DNA of 20,282 nucleotides. It comes from Opitutus sp. GAS368. Its GTDB lineage: Bacteria; Verrucomicrobiota; Verrucomicrobiia; Opitutales; Opitutaceae. The notes under the pieces were generated by a model. That model did not search any database. It saw nothing but the letters and a program-made list of their open reading frames with translations, and was not told the DNA's origin. The DNA lies in the NCBI GenBank assembly GCA_945871005.1, contig CAMBUJ010000042.1, forward strand, positions 1 through 20,282, written 5' to 3'. Position numbers and translations under genes: made by a program. Positions 7,735 through 15,450 of this stretch are shown here, piece after piece; position 1 is the stretch's first letter; every line of letters starts with the position of its first letter.

Positions 7735-9369
7735 ATGCACGCTTGGACGCTTATTTCCTTCATCGCATTCACCGGCTTTGCCGCCCTGCTCACCTGGTGG
7801 CTGACCCGAAAAGATGAAAAGGCCAGCTCGGAGGGCTTTTTTCTCGGTGGCCGCAGCCTAACTTACCCCATCATCGCGGGCTCTTTGCTCCTCACGAACC
7901 TTTCCACCGAACAAATGGTGGGCCTCAACGGGGCCGCGTTTAATGACGGCCTGAGCGTCATGGCGTGGGAAGTCATTGCGGTGATCGCCCTGGTGATCAT
8001 GGCCCTTTTCTTCCTTCCGCGCTTTCTCAAAGCCGGAATCACCACGGTGCCCCAGTTTCTCGAACTGCGTTTCGACAAACGCACCCAGAACATCGCCAAT
8101 ATCATTTTCCTGAGCGCCTACGCGTTGCTGCTCATCCCCATCATTCTTTATAGCGGCGCTGTCGGACTCATGCAGATGCTCGATGTCCAGGCACTCACGG
8201 GTATCGACCAACCCGTAACCCTGTTCGGCCAGACCCTCCAGCCCGACACGGTGATCCTCTGGGGCACCGCGATCCTGATTGGCATCATGGGTTCACTTTA
8301 TTCGCGCCTTGGCGGTCTGCGCACCCTCGCCGTCTTGGATACCATTAACGGTGTTGGTCTTCTGGTCGGCGGTTTTCTTATTACTTGGTTTGGCTTGAGC
8401 ACCATCGGCAACGGTCAAGGTGCCTTGGCTGGATGGGATGCCCTCGTCGCCGCCAATCCTGATCGCCTCAGCTCCATCGGTAAAGAAGGCCAAAGCGTTC
8501 CTTTCTCCACCTTATTCACCGGTGTCGCCCTCCTTAACCTGTTCTACTGGTGCACCAACCAGCAAATCATCCAACGCACCTTTGGCGCCAGCAGTCTGGC
8601 TGAAGGCCAAAAAGGCGTTCTGCTCACCGGCGCTCTCAAGCTTCTCGGACCGGTCTACCTCGTGATTCCGGGGGTGATTGCTTACCACCTGTACGCGAGC
8701 CAGGGCATTCGCGCTGACCAAGCCTACGGCAAACTGGTATTTGATGTGCTTCCCGGTCCCTTGGTCGGTTTCTTCGCCGCAGTGATGGTCGGCGCCATTC
8801 TCAGTTCCTTTAACGCCGCCCTGAACAGCACCTCGGCGCTGTTCAGCATCGGTCTTTATAAGCACATCATCAATCCGAAGGGCACCGAAGCGCAGGTCAT
8901 GCGTGCCGCCAAAATCTTCGTGGTCGTCACCGCGTTGTTGGCCATGGTGATTGCCCCGCTGCTGGCCGGCCAGGCCAGTATCTTCAAATACCTCCAGAAG
9001 ATGAACGGCATTTATTTCATCCCGATTTTTGCCGTGGTGGTGGTGGGTATGCTCAACCGGCGCGTCCCCTCGATTGCCGGCACCTTGGGCCTGCTCGGTG
9101 GCGTGGCGACGATCGCCCTGGGTTACTTCCTGCCTGACTCGATCAACCCGATCACCGCGCTCGGGCTGCATGAGTTCCACTTCCTCGGCTTGGTGTTCGC
9201 CGTATTGGTGATCGGTATGTTGGTAATCGGCGCCTTGCGTCCCCGCGCCACCGCGTGGGAACTGACCAGTGGCAACACGATCGACATGACCCCATGGATC
9301 AACGCCAAGTGGGCCAGCCTTGTCTTGGTCCTGTTGGTGATCGGCATCTATGTTTACTTCGCGGTTTAA
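7735..9369 (+). CDS. Sodium:solute symporter family (SSS, SGLT-like) transporter, probably for a sugar or other small solute
   Basis: 544 aa and highly hydrophobic with multiple TM segments. The N-terminal FFLGGRSLTYPIIAGSLLLTNLSTEQMVGLNGAAF matches the SSS/SGLT signature region (GRS..., N-x-S-x-EQ). Confidence 0.88.
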   Translation: MHAWTLISFIAFTGFAALLTWWLTRKDEKASSEGFFLGGRSLTYPIIAGSLLLTNLSTEQMVGLNGAAFNDGLSVMAWEVIAVIALVIMALFFLPRFLKAGITTVPQFLELRFDKRTQNIANIIFLSAYALLLIPIILYSGAVGLMQMLDVQALTGIDQPVTLFGQTLQPDTVILWGTAILIGIMGSLYSRLGGLRTLAVLDTINGVGLLVGGFLITWFGLSTIGNGQGALAGWDALVAANPDRLSSIGKEGQSVPFSTLFTGVALLNLFYWCTNQQIIQRTFGASSLAEGQKGVLLTGALKLLGPVYLVIPGVIAYHLYASQGIRADQAYGKLVFDVLPGPLVGFFAAVMVGAILSSFNAALNSTSALFSIGLYKHIINPKGTEAQVMRAAKIFVVVTALLAMVIAPLLAGQASIFKYLQKMNGIYFIPIFAVVVVGMLNRRVPSIAGTLGLLGGVATIALGYFLPDSINPITALGLHEFHFLGLVFAVLVIGMLVIGALRPRATAWELTSGNTIDMTPWINAKWASLVLVLLVIGIYVYFAV

Positions 9370-9390
9370 GCGCTAAACTCAAAACGACGC

Positions 9391-9414
9391 GGTGAGCCCC
9401 CGCGGGGGTTCACC
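9391..9414 (+). other. GC-rich hairpin GGTGAGCCCCC-gc-GGGGGTTCACC just downstream of the symporter stop
   Basis: Read directly. The 11-nt arms have one mismatch and there is no following T-run. Confidence 0.4.
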
Positions 9415-9457
9415 GAATAGAAATCGGTAAACGGCCTTAAAGCCGGACGCTAAAAAG

Positions 9458-9498
9458 CCCGCTCCCACGCCTTACCCAGGCGAGGGAGCGGGTTTTTT
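9458..9498 (+). terminator. Rho-independent terminator for the symporter transcript
   Basis: CCCGCTCCCaCGCC-ttaccca-GGCGaGGGAGCGGG followed by TTTTTT (9493-9498). An A-run upstream (9452-9456) gives some bidirectional potential. Confidence 0.8.
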
Positions 9499-9705
9499 AT
9501 TGGCCGGATTCCTCCGCATTTCTGCCCCGGCCAGGAGTAGTACAACCTATTGGTCTAGTATGCCAAAACCGACCACCGGTCGGTTCTACAACGGTCCGCT
9601 ATCTTTATTCACCGGACATATCAGCCAAATGAGCTAGCTCATCCTATGCGTCTTATCGCCATGCGCCAAGAACCACAAAAGGCAGATAAATAATAATTTA
9701 TGCAC

Positions 9706-9736
9706 AAAAAAACCCGGCCGAAATCGACCGGGTTTT
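9706..9736 (-). terminator. Rho-independent (bidirectional) terminator ending the minus-strand ACIII/cbb3-like operon
   Basis: AAAAAAA-CCCGGCCGA-aa-TCGACCGGG-TTTT. On the minus strand the stem is followed by a 7-nt U-run, and it lies 24 nt after the stop of the last gene (9760). Confidence 0.8.
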
Positions 9737-9759
9737 AAAAAGAGCAGTTTATTCGATAA

Positions 9760-10437
9760 TTACTTAAACGGATCCAACTCGGCCGCCGTCCACGGTTTGG
9801 CACGGGCCGCCTCCTTGGACAGAATCTCCACGACTTTCGCCTTGGTGATCGGCTCAGCTTTGTTGGCCCATTCTTGGCGGATGTAGGTCAACACCTGCGA
9901 GATCTTCTCCTCGTTCCAGTTATAACCACCGCCAGGGACTTTACCAAAGGCGGGCATGGCGCCGTTATAGGTTTTCCCTGCCACTTCCATCGGACCATTC
10001 ATGCCGTGCAGGAGAATACGAACCAACCGCTCCTCGTTGCCCACCACCCACTCCGAACTTGCCAAAGGGGGATATGCACCCGCCACGCCCTGCCCGTTAA
10101 CCTGATGGCAAGTTGCACAAACCTGTTGATACGCTTTTTTGCCCGCCGCAATCACCTGTTCAGGGGTGAGCTCTTTGCTTGCACCGCCGGCGGCAGCTTT
10201 GGGATCAAAGCGCTCGTCGTAAACCATCGGACTGAAATCCGCGCGGTAATGCACCACGTAGACACAGGTCACGAAAATCATCGTGGAAATGAAGCCGAGT
10301 AAGAACAGCGGCATCAACTTGTAGCCCTGTTCAGGCTCGGGCTGTTTGCTCGCCAAGTCGGAGTGAACCTGCTGAATGCTTTCGTCGGAGGCTACCTCCG
10401 GACCGGAGGATAGATTATTGTTCTGGTCAGCGCTCAT
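9760..10437 (-). CDS. Membrane-anchored monoheme c-type cytochrome (CcoP-like position, but only one heme site)
   Basis: Single CxxCH (CATCH) and a distal Met candidate in NGAMPAFG. There is an N-terminal TM segment (LMPLFLLGFISTMIFVTCVYVV). Its start overlaps the ccoO-like stop (ATGA). Confidence 0.8.
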   Translation of the reverse strand: MSADQNNNLSSGPEVASDESIQQVHSDLASKQPEPEQGYKLMPLFLLGFISTMIFVTCVYVVHYRADFSPMVYDERFDPKAAAGGASKELTPEQVIAAGKKAYQQVCATCHQVNGQGVAGAYPPLASSEWVVGNEERLVRILLHGMNGPMEVAGKTYNGAMPAFGKVPGGGYNWNEEKISQVLTYIRQEWANKAEPITKAKVVEILSKEAARAKPWTAAELDPFK

Positions 10438-11114
10438 TTATGGGACTCCTTCGATTTAACGGCCTTAGGTGCAGGCGGCGTATAAACATTCTTGGTCTCT
10501 GGATAGGCGTAGGTGTCCTTCAAGCTGAGCAAGTAGGCGACCAGCGCCTCGGCCCGGGGCGAGGGAACTACTTCATAGCCGAGAGCGGCAGGCAACTTGA
10601 GGGCCTTGGCCGAACCCTGGCCGATGATCGGTTGGGTTTTAAAGAGATAAGCGTAGGCCGGCATGTTGCTTTCCTTCACCACCGCTTGGGGGTGATAAAG
10701 ATAAGCGTAGAGCGAGGCGGCCGTATGATCGGTGCCGTTGGCGTTTTTACGGGCGGCAAAGTTACGCAAATCAGGGCCCACTCGCTGAGACCCGAGCAAC
10801 ACGTGGGTTTCGCGGATGTAATCACGGGCGACACTTTGACGCTCGCCCCAGCCCCGGCTTTTTTCCCCGACGTCGGAGCCAAAGCCTTCACGGCGAACCT
10901 GTTGAGTATGGCAAGATACGCAGCCGAGGTCCTGGTAGACCAGTTTACCCTGGGCGGCGAGACCGGCGGCAGGCAGGGGGAAGGCCTTGCCTTCGTCTTC
11001 GTCGATATGAGTCGAGAAGTCGCCGTAGCTGATCTGGTTGGACAAGACCAAGCCGACAAACGAGAGGGCTAGGGCGAGGAAAATTCCAAGAAATAAATAG
11101 GGAGCGCGGTTCAT
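10434..11114 (-). CDS. ccoO: cbb3-type cytochrome c oxidase subunit II (CcoO)-like monoheme cytochrome
   Basis: N-terminal TM anchor. GCVSCHTQQVR (CxxCH), GSQRVGPDL, HPQAVVKESNMPAY and ALVAYLLSL align with the canonical CcoO motifs GCxGCHSQxIR, GSKRTGPDL, NPRxVVPxSxMPxY and AMVAYLQxL. Its start overlaps the upstream stop (ATGA). Confidence 0.85.
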   Translation of the reverse strand: MNRAPYLFLGIFLALALSFVGLVLSNQISYGDFSTHIDEDEGKAFPLPAAGLAAQGKLVYQDLGCVSCHTQQVRREGFGSDVGEKSRGWGERQSVARDYIRETHVLLGSQRVGPDLRNFAARKNANGTDHTAASLYAYLYHPQAVVKESNMPAYAYLFKTQPIIGQGSAKALKLPAALGYEVVPSPRAEALVAYLLSLKDTYAYPETKNVYTPPAPKAVKSKESHK

Positions 11115-12598
11115 CGGGTGGCCTCCGGTTGTGCGGCCAGCAGGTCCTTCACCGAGCGTACGCAGCAGGCGGAAGCGTTGGCCAGGGTCCAGAAGAAGTT
11201 AATAGCAAAGGCGAGTTGGCCGATGGCGAGCAGTACGCAACCGACGCTAGCCGAGAAAAGGTAAGGCAGGGTCGCGGTGGTCACCGCCGAGAAGGCAATC
11301 GAGGCATCCGCGAGTTGCAGGCCTTGCTGGATACCGCCGACCGCGAGGGAACCGACCAGTAAAACCACCCCGATGGCGGATGCGACAAAGTGCACCCCAG
11401 TCAGGGCGTCATTGGCCCAAGCGGTGGCGAACACACGGGGCACGATGACATAGAGCGAACCGAAGATCACCATGGTAAAGAAACCGTAGAGCCCGAGTTG
11501 CACCTCGGCTGCGGTGAAATAGGTGAACTGGGTCAGCGCGGCGAAACCGTGGGTGGCGTCGGCCACCATGGAGAGCAGCACCAGCATCAGGGCAACCACC
11601 CCGAAGGCGATGAAGCGCAGGGGGTAACTGTTCTTGAGCGAACCCCAGCTGCCGGAGAGGGTGCCGACGAAATTAAGACCAAAGATCACCAACGGGACCA
11701 GCAGCATGAAACTGGCGGCGGCGCCAAACGTCTGCACCCAAGCGGGAACCGGGCCACCCAATAGGCGGGCGAGGCCGGCCCAGCTGCCAAAGACCAAAAT
11801 CCACCAGAAACCAGTCGAGGCTAAATTGTAGTGGGCCACCGGCTTGAGCAGCAATTTTGGCAGGAAATAATAAATGGCTGCCAGGGCGATCGAGGCGAAC
11901 CAGAGCAGGAACAAGTTACCCGAAAACCAGGCCTGAATCACCGATTGCACCGTACCGCGCACCGGGACCAAAACCAGCATGACCTGGGCGATGGAATAGA
12001 TCCAAGGGAAGGCCAGCAGGGCGACAAAAAGATACCACTGGGAGGCAAACAACTGCTGCGAACGGCCATCGCGAAAAACCACAAACGTCCACGCAGCGAT
12101 CAGCGCATACGCAACCCAGAGAAGCGGTAAGGCAAAACCAGGCATGTCCAAACCGGCGATCGAAGAAGAGAAGCCGCTGAGGATGCCAACCAACCCGACC
12201 GCTACACCCACGTTCCAAAAAACCGTACCGAGCAGGAGGGCGCCAAAACCCGGCAGCACGCCGCGCGAGAGACGGGCCATCAGCCAGAGGCTGACGGCGA
12301 AAGCAGCATTAAAGCCCCAGCCATAGATCAGCACGCTGCTCTGGGCGGGTTGAATCCGTCCGTAGGTCACATACTCGCAGGCATTAAAAAATGCCGGAGT
12401 GTGCAACTGCCAGGCCGCAACTACTCCCAACACACTGGCCACCAACAGCCACAGCAGGGCTGAGGTGATCAGGAGCGTGAGCGGGGTGCGCAGGGAAGCG
12501 TCAATGACGGAGGCTTCGCTCGTTGGCGTGTGGGCGCCTTCGGGCTTGAGCTGAGGTGAGAGGCAGGAATCAGTGGCCATCTGTAGGTTTTGAACCAA
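11111..12598 (-). CDS. CcoN-like heme-copper oxidase subunit I homolog lacking the canonical heme and CuB ligands (predicted non-catalytic)
   Basis: 495 aa, polytopic. It aligns without gaps to conserved CcoN blocks: YGRIQPAQSSVLIYGWG vs FGRLRPLHTNAVIFAFG; AWFSGN...YYFLPK vs WWYGHN...YYFVPK; SWAGLARL..P.W vs IWAGPHHL..P.W; TLSGSW...PLRF vs TLSGAW...ILRF; AAEVQLGLYGF...VPRVF vs IGHVHAGALGW...VPKVF. Every ligand His is replaced. An alternative start is the ATG at 12580. Confidence 0.8.
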   Translation of the reverse strand: MVQNLQMATDSCLSPQLKPEGAHTPTSEASVIDASLRTPLTLLITSALLWLLVASVLGVVAAWQLHTPAFFNACEYVTYGRIQPAQSSVLIYGWGFNAAFAVSLWLMARLSRGVLPGFGALLLGTVFWNVGVAVGLVGILSGFSSSIAGLDMPGFALPLLWVAYALIAAWTFVVFRDGRSQQLFASQWYLFVALLAFPWIYSIAQVMLVLVPVRGTVQSVIQAWFSGNLFLLWFASIALAAIYYFLPKLLLKPVAHYNLASTGFWWILVFGSWAGLARLLGGPVPAWVQTFGAAASFMLLVPLVIFGLNFVGTLSGSWGSLKNSYPLRFIAFGVVALMLVLLSMVADATHGFAALTQFTYFTAAEVQLGLYGFFTMVIFGSLYVIVPRVFATAWANDALTGVHFVASAIGVVLLVGSLAVGGIQQGLQLADASIAFSAVTTATLPYLFSASVGCVLLAIGQLAFAINFFWTLANASACCVRSVKDLLAAQPEATR

Positions 12599-12672
12599 TC
12601 AAGAATGAGGCGGGAGTCAGGCGGAGGTGGTTGCCGGCGTGAGCCGTAACCGTTGTCCCCCGCTCGGCGGGC

Positions 12673-12975
12673 TCACTTCTTGGCGTTGAGCTCTTGAATC
12701 GTGAGGGTGATGGCGTCGGCAATCGGGATACGCACCACGCCGTTGGCTTGGTCTACCCAACCGTAGGTGGTGGCGGCGGCCTTTTCCTTGGCGCGGAGCT
12801 CGGCCAAGGCGGCTTTGCGCTGCACCGGGGTGCGTACGCCATCAGCCAAAGGGGCCGGGGTTTTGGGCAGGTAGGCGATGAAGACGATCAGCGCGAAGAT
12901 CGCGAAACCACCGATGGCGGCTGCCACCGTCGTCAAAGTACCGGAAGAGGAAGGAGTTTTGGAGGAATCACTCAT
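12673..12975 (-). CDS. Small single-pass membrane protein of unknown function, translationally coupled to actF (possible ACIII/oxidase accessory subunit)
   Basis: 100 aa. Ser/Thr-rich N-terminus, one TM helix (VAAAIGGFAIFALIVFIAYL), then a charged helix and YGWVDQANGVVRIPIADAITL. Its start overlaps the actF stop (ATGAGTGA). The opposite-strand ORF 12694-12984 is the GC mirror. Confidence 0.6.
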   Translation of the reverse strand: MSDSSKTPSSSGTLTTVAAAIGGFAIFALIVFIAYLPKTPAPLADGVRTPVQRKAALAELRAKEKAAATTYGWVDQANGVVRIPIADAITLTIQELNAKK

Positions 12976-14245
12976 GATGGGTGAGGCATTCAGTGATGCG
13001 CGGGTCGCGGATCGGGATGAGTTTGGTCTTGGGGAAGCTCTTCAGGTAGGCCCAGAAGAACACGCCGCCGACACCGACGATCGAGGTGGCCGTCCAGAGC
13101 AGGTTGAGCGACAGGAAGGGCAACGGTTCGCCATGGGAATCCTTGAGGGCGGGTCCGACATTGAAGATCAAGTCGATCACGATCATCAAAAGGATCCAGC
13201 GCACGATGAAGGCGATGCGGCTGTGGGTGATCTTGTTCTTATAAGAGAGCAGGAACAGGAACGGGAACAGGAAGTGGCCGAAGAGGATGAGCATACCGAC
13301 GTACTTCCACTGGCTGGGTTCGCCGGCGCGGGTGATTTCGCGCAGGTTGTACCAGAAGGTTTCCTCGGGAACGTTGGCGTTCCAGATCAGGAAGTACTGG
13401 GAGAACGTGACGTAGGCCCAGAACACGGTGAAGGCGAAGATCAACATACCCACGGAGTGCAGGTGGTTGTTGTTCAAAATGCCCTTGAGGTCGCCGCGCT
13501 TGTAGAGGGCCAGCAACATGAGTACGCCGATCGCGAGGGCGCCGCGCACGCAGTTGGCGAAGAACCACACACCGTACATGGTGGAGAACCAGTGGTACTC
13601 CAAGCTCTTGATCCAGTAGATGGCCGCGAGCGACAGGGTGATCGCACCGACCGCCAAACCGAAGGCGGCGGTCTTGCGGTTCATGAACGTCCACTTCAGG
13701 TCGCCATCGGCGTCTTGGCTGAACGATGCTTTGCGCAGGCGGGCCGACAGCCAGATCCAGGCGGCGAAGCACAGCGCCGTCATGGCGGTGAACATCTCCA
13801 GGTTCAGGAAGCTGGACTTTTTAACGTAGAGCGGGTCATGGCCAACGGTGTGGCCGCCATGAATCACCGCATCTGGGTTCATCCAGTTCCAGATGTAATC
13901 GTGCGAACCGGTCCAGGAAACGATGACCAGCGGGGCGAACAACAGGGCCAGCCAAGGGAAGGCGGCCAGACCGTGCTCGAACTGACGGCGCAGCACCACC
14001 GACCAGGAGGCGTCGAGGATGTGGTGGATCATCACCAGCATGAGCATGCCGATGGCAATCGCGGTCCAGAAGGACACGCCGATCAGCCAGGAAAGGGCGA
14101 CGGCGTGTCCATCGGAGACGAATAAGCCGATGATCGTCAGGACGATACCGGCGAGGCCGACCCCGAGGGCCTTACCCGCGCAGGCGCAGGATGACGAGGT
14201 TTCGGACGGGAGTGCCGCAGAAGCGGTGGCAGCGTGGGTGCTCAT
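12968..14245 (-). CDS. actF: Alternative complex III subunit ActF (NrfD/PsrC-like polytopic membrane subunit)
   Basis: 425-aa hydrophobic protein directly after actE in the canonical actBCDEF order. Its start overlaps the actE stop (ATGA). The call rests mainly on position and topology. Confidence 0.78.
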   Translation of the reverse strand: MSTHAATASAALPSETSSSCACAGKALGVGLAGIVLTIIGLFVSDGHAVALSWLIGVSFWTAIAIGMLMLVMIHHILDASWSVVLRRQFEHGLAAFPWLALLFAPLVIVSWTGSHDYIWNWMNPDAVIHGGHTVGHDPLYVKKSSFLNLEMFTAMTALCFAAWIWLSARLRKASFSQDADGDLKWTFMNRKTAAFGLAVGAITLSLAAIYWIKSLEYHWFSTMYGVWFFANCVRGALAIGVLMLLALYKRGDLKGILNNNHLHSVGMLIFAFTVFWAYVTFSQYFLIWNANVPEETFWYNLREITRAGEPSQWKYVGMLILFGHFLFPFLFLLSYKNKITHSRIAFIVRWILLMIVIDLIFNVGPALKDSHGEPLPFLSLNLLWTATSIVGVGGVFFWAYLKSFPKTKLIPIRDPRITECLTHHE

Positions 14246-14889
14246 TTGATACCAAGCTCAGATTTGTGACCGGGAGGAACGTCCGCGGCGGTGGCGTGGG
14301 CGGCACGCTGGAGAGCGCGCACATAGGCGATGACCGCCCAGCGATCGTCGGCGGGGAGTTTGTCCGCGTAGGAAAGCATGTTGCCCTTACCGTTGGTGAT
14401 GGTGTTGAAAATCTCGCCAACCGCCATGTTGCGCAGGCGGCTGTCGTGGAATGTGGGCGTGGCGCCCATCCCGTACTGCTTGGTGATACCGTTGCCGTCA
14501 CCGACCGCGCCGTGGCAAGGCGCGCAGTAGATGGTGAAACGATCCTGGCCGCGCTCTAAGAGCTTGGCATCCACCGTGATAGCGGCAGGGAAACCCACCA
14601 CCCAGGCGCCCGCGGCGTCCTTGCCCGCAAAGCGGGTGGAGTCAGCCTTGAGGAACTGGGGGTCGGCGGCATCGGACTTGCGGCCGAAAGCCACCGTGCC
14701 GGCGATGCGGGTGCGATCAACACGACCGTCGGAGAAGAACTTCGACTCGGCCTGCGGCTTGTATTTGTCCTGGTGGTCCATGTCGGAGAACACCTCAAGC
14801 GGCGAGCGAGTGGAGAGCGAACCGCGAAAGCCCAAAATGGACAACGCGAGGACGACTACGAAGAAGAGGGTGAGATAAACGTAACGCAT
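14242..14889 (-). CDS. actE: Alternative complex III subunit ActE (monoheme cytochrome c)
   Basis: N-terminal TM/signal anchor, a single CAPCHG heme motif and a downstream Met (GNMLSY). The size and the position after actD fit ActE. Confidence 0.8.
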   Translation of the reverse strand: MRYVYLTLFFVVVLALSILGFRGSLSTRSPLEVFSDMDHQDKYKPQAESKFFSDGRVDRTRIAGTVAFGRKSDAADPQFLKADSTRFAGKDAAGAWVVGFPAAITVDAKLLERGQDRFTIYCAPCHGAVGDGNGITKQYGMGATPTFHDSRLRNMAVGEIFNTITNGKGNMLSYADKLPADDRWAVIAYVRALQRAAHATAADVPPGHKSELGIK

Positions 14890-14892
14890 GGC

Positions 14893-15426
14893 TCAGGCTT
14901 CCAGCTCCTGGATGTCTTTGCCCCCGGCCTTCTCGAGCAAGGCCTTGGTCAGGGCGAGGTTGAATTTCGGGTCGGCGGACTCGATCACGATGTGGAACTT
15001 GTCGTCCATGCCGGAGAGGATTTTGTCGCTCTTGAGCACCGGGTGGTAGTGCATCGGCAGACCGTTCAGGAAGAACATGCCGCCGATGGTGGCGAACGCG
15101 GTGAAGAGAATGGTCAGCTCGTAAGACACCGGGAAGGCGAACAGCGGGCTGAAGTAGGGCTTGCCACCAACGACCAGCGGGTAGCTGACCGCGCTGGTGT
15201 AGTAGATCAGCGACATGCCGGTGGTGAAACCGAGCAGACCGCCGCACAAGGAGAACTTCGGCACGTTGGAGCGTTTCAAACCCATGGCCTTGTCCAGACC
15301 GTGGATCGGGAACGGCGTGATGCAGTCCCAGTTTTTGTAGCCGGCGTCGCGCACCTGCTCCGCCGCGTGGTAAACGCTCGGAGTCGTGTCGAAGGTGGCG
15401 ATCAAGCCGTAAGGTTTAGCGGACAT
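14893..15426 (-). CDS. actD: Alternative complex III subunit ActD (DUF3341 family)
   Basis: The N-terminal soluble domain YGLIATFDTTPSVYHAAEQVRDAGYKNWDCITPFPIHGLD is typical of DUF3341/ActD. It is followed by two TM helices. Confidence 0.85.
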   Translation of the reverse strand: MSAKPYGLIATFDTTPSVYHAAEQVRDAGYKNWDCITPFPIHGLDKAMGLKRSNVPKFSLCGGLLGFTTGMSLIYYTSAVSYPLVVGGKPYFSPLFAFPVSYELTILFTAFATIGGMFFLNGLPMHYHPVLKSDKILSGMDDKFHIVIESADPKFNLALTKALLEKAGGKDIQELEA

Positions 15427-15450
15427 GGGTATAAATGTGTCGGCGTTAAA

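Noticed and set aside
9560-9637. 25-codon small ORF (MPKPTTGRFYNGPLSLFTGHISQMS) in the convergent intergenic region
   Set aside because: It is too short, has no obvious ribosome-binding context or motif, and is indistinguishable from chance.
12878-14125. 415-aa plus-strand ORF antisense to actF (likewise 14773-16362 antisense to actC/actD/actE, 17559-18797 antisense to actB and 10440-11072 antisense to ccoO)
   Set aside because: These are GC-driven antisense ORFs with Glu/Asp/Gly/His/Arg-rich low-complexity translations. The opposite strand encodes recognisable ACIII and cytochrome proteins with tight operon coupling.
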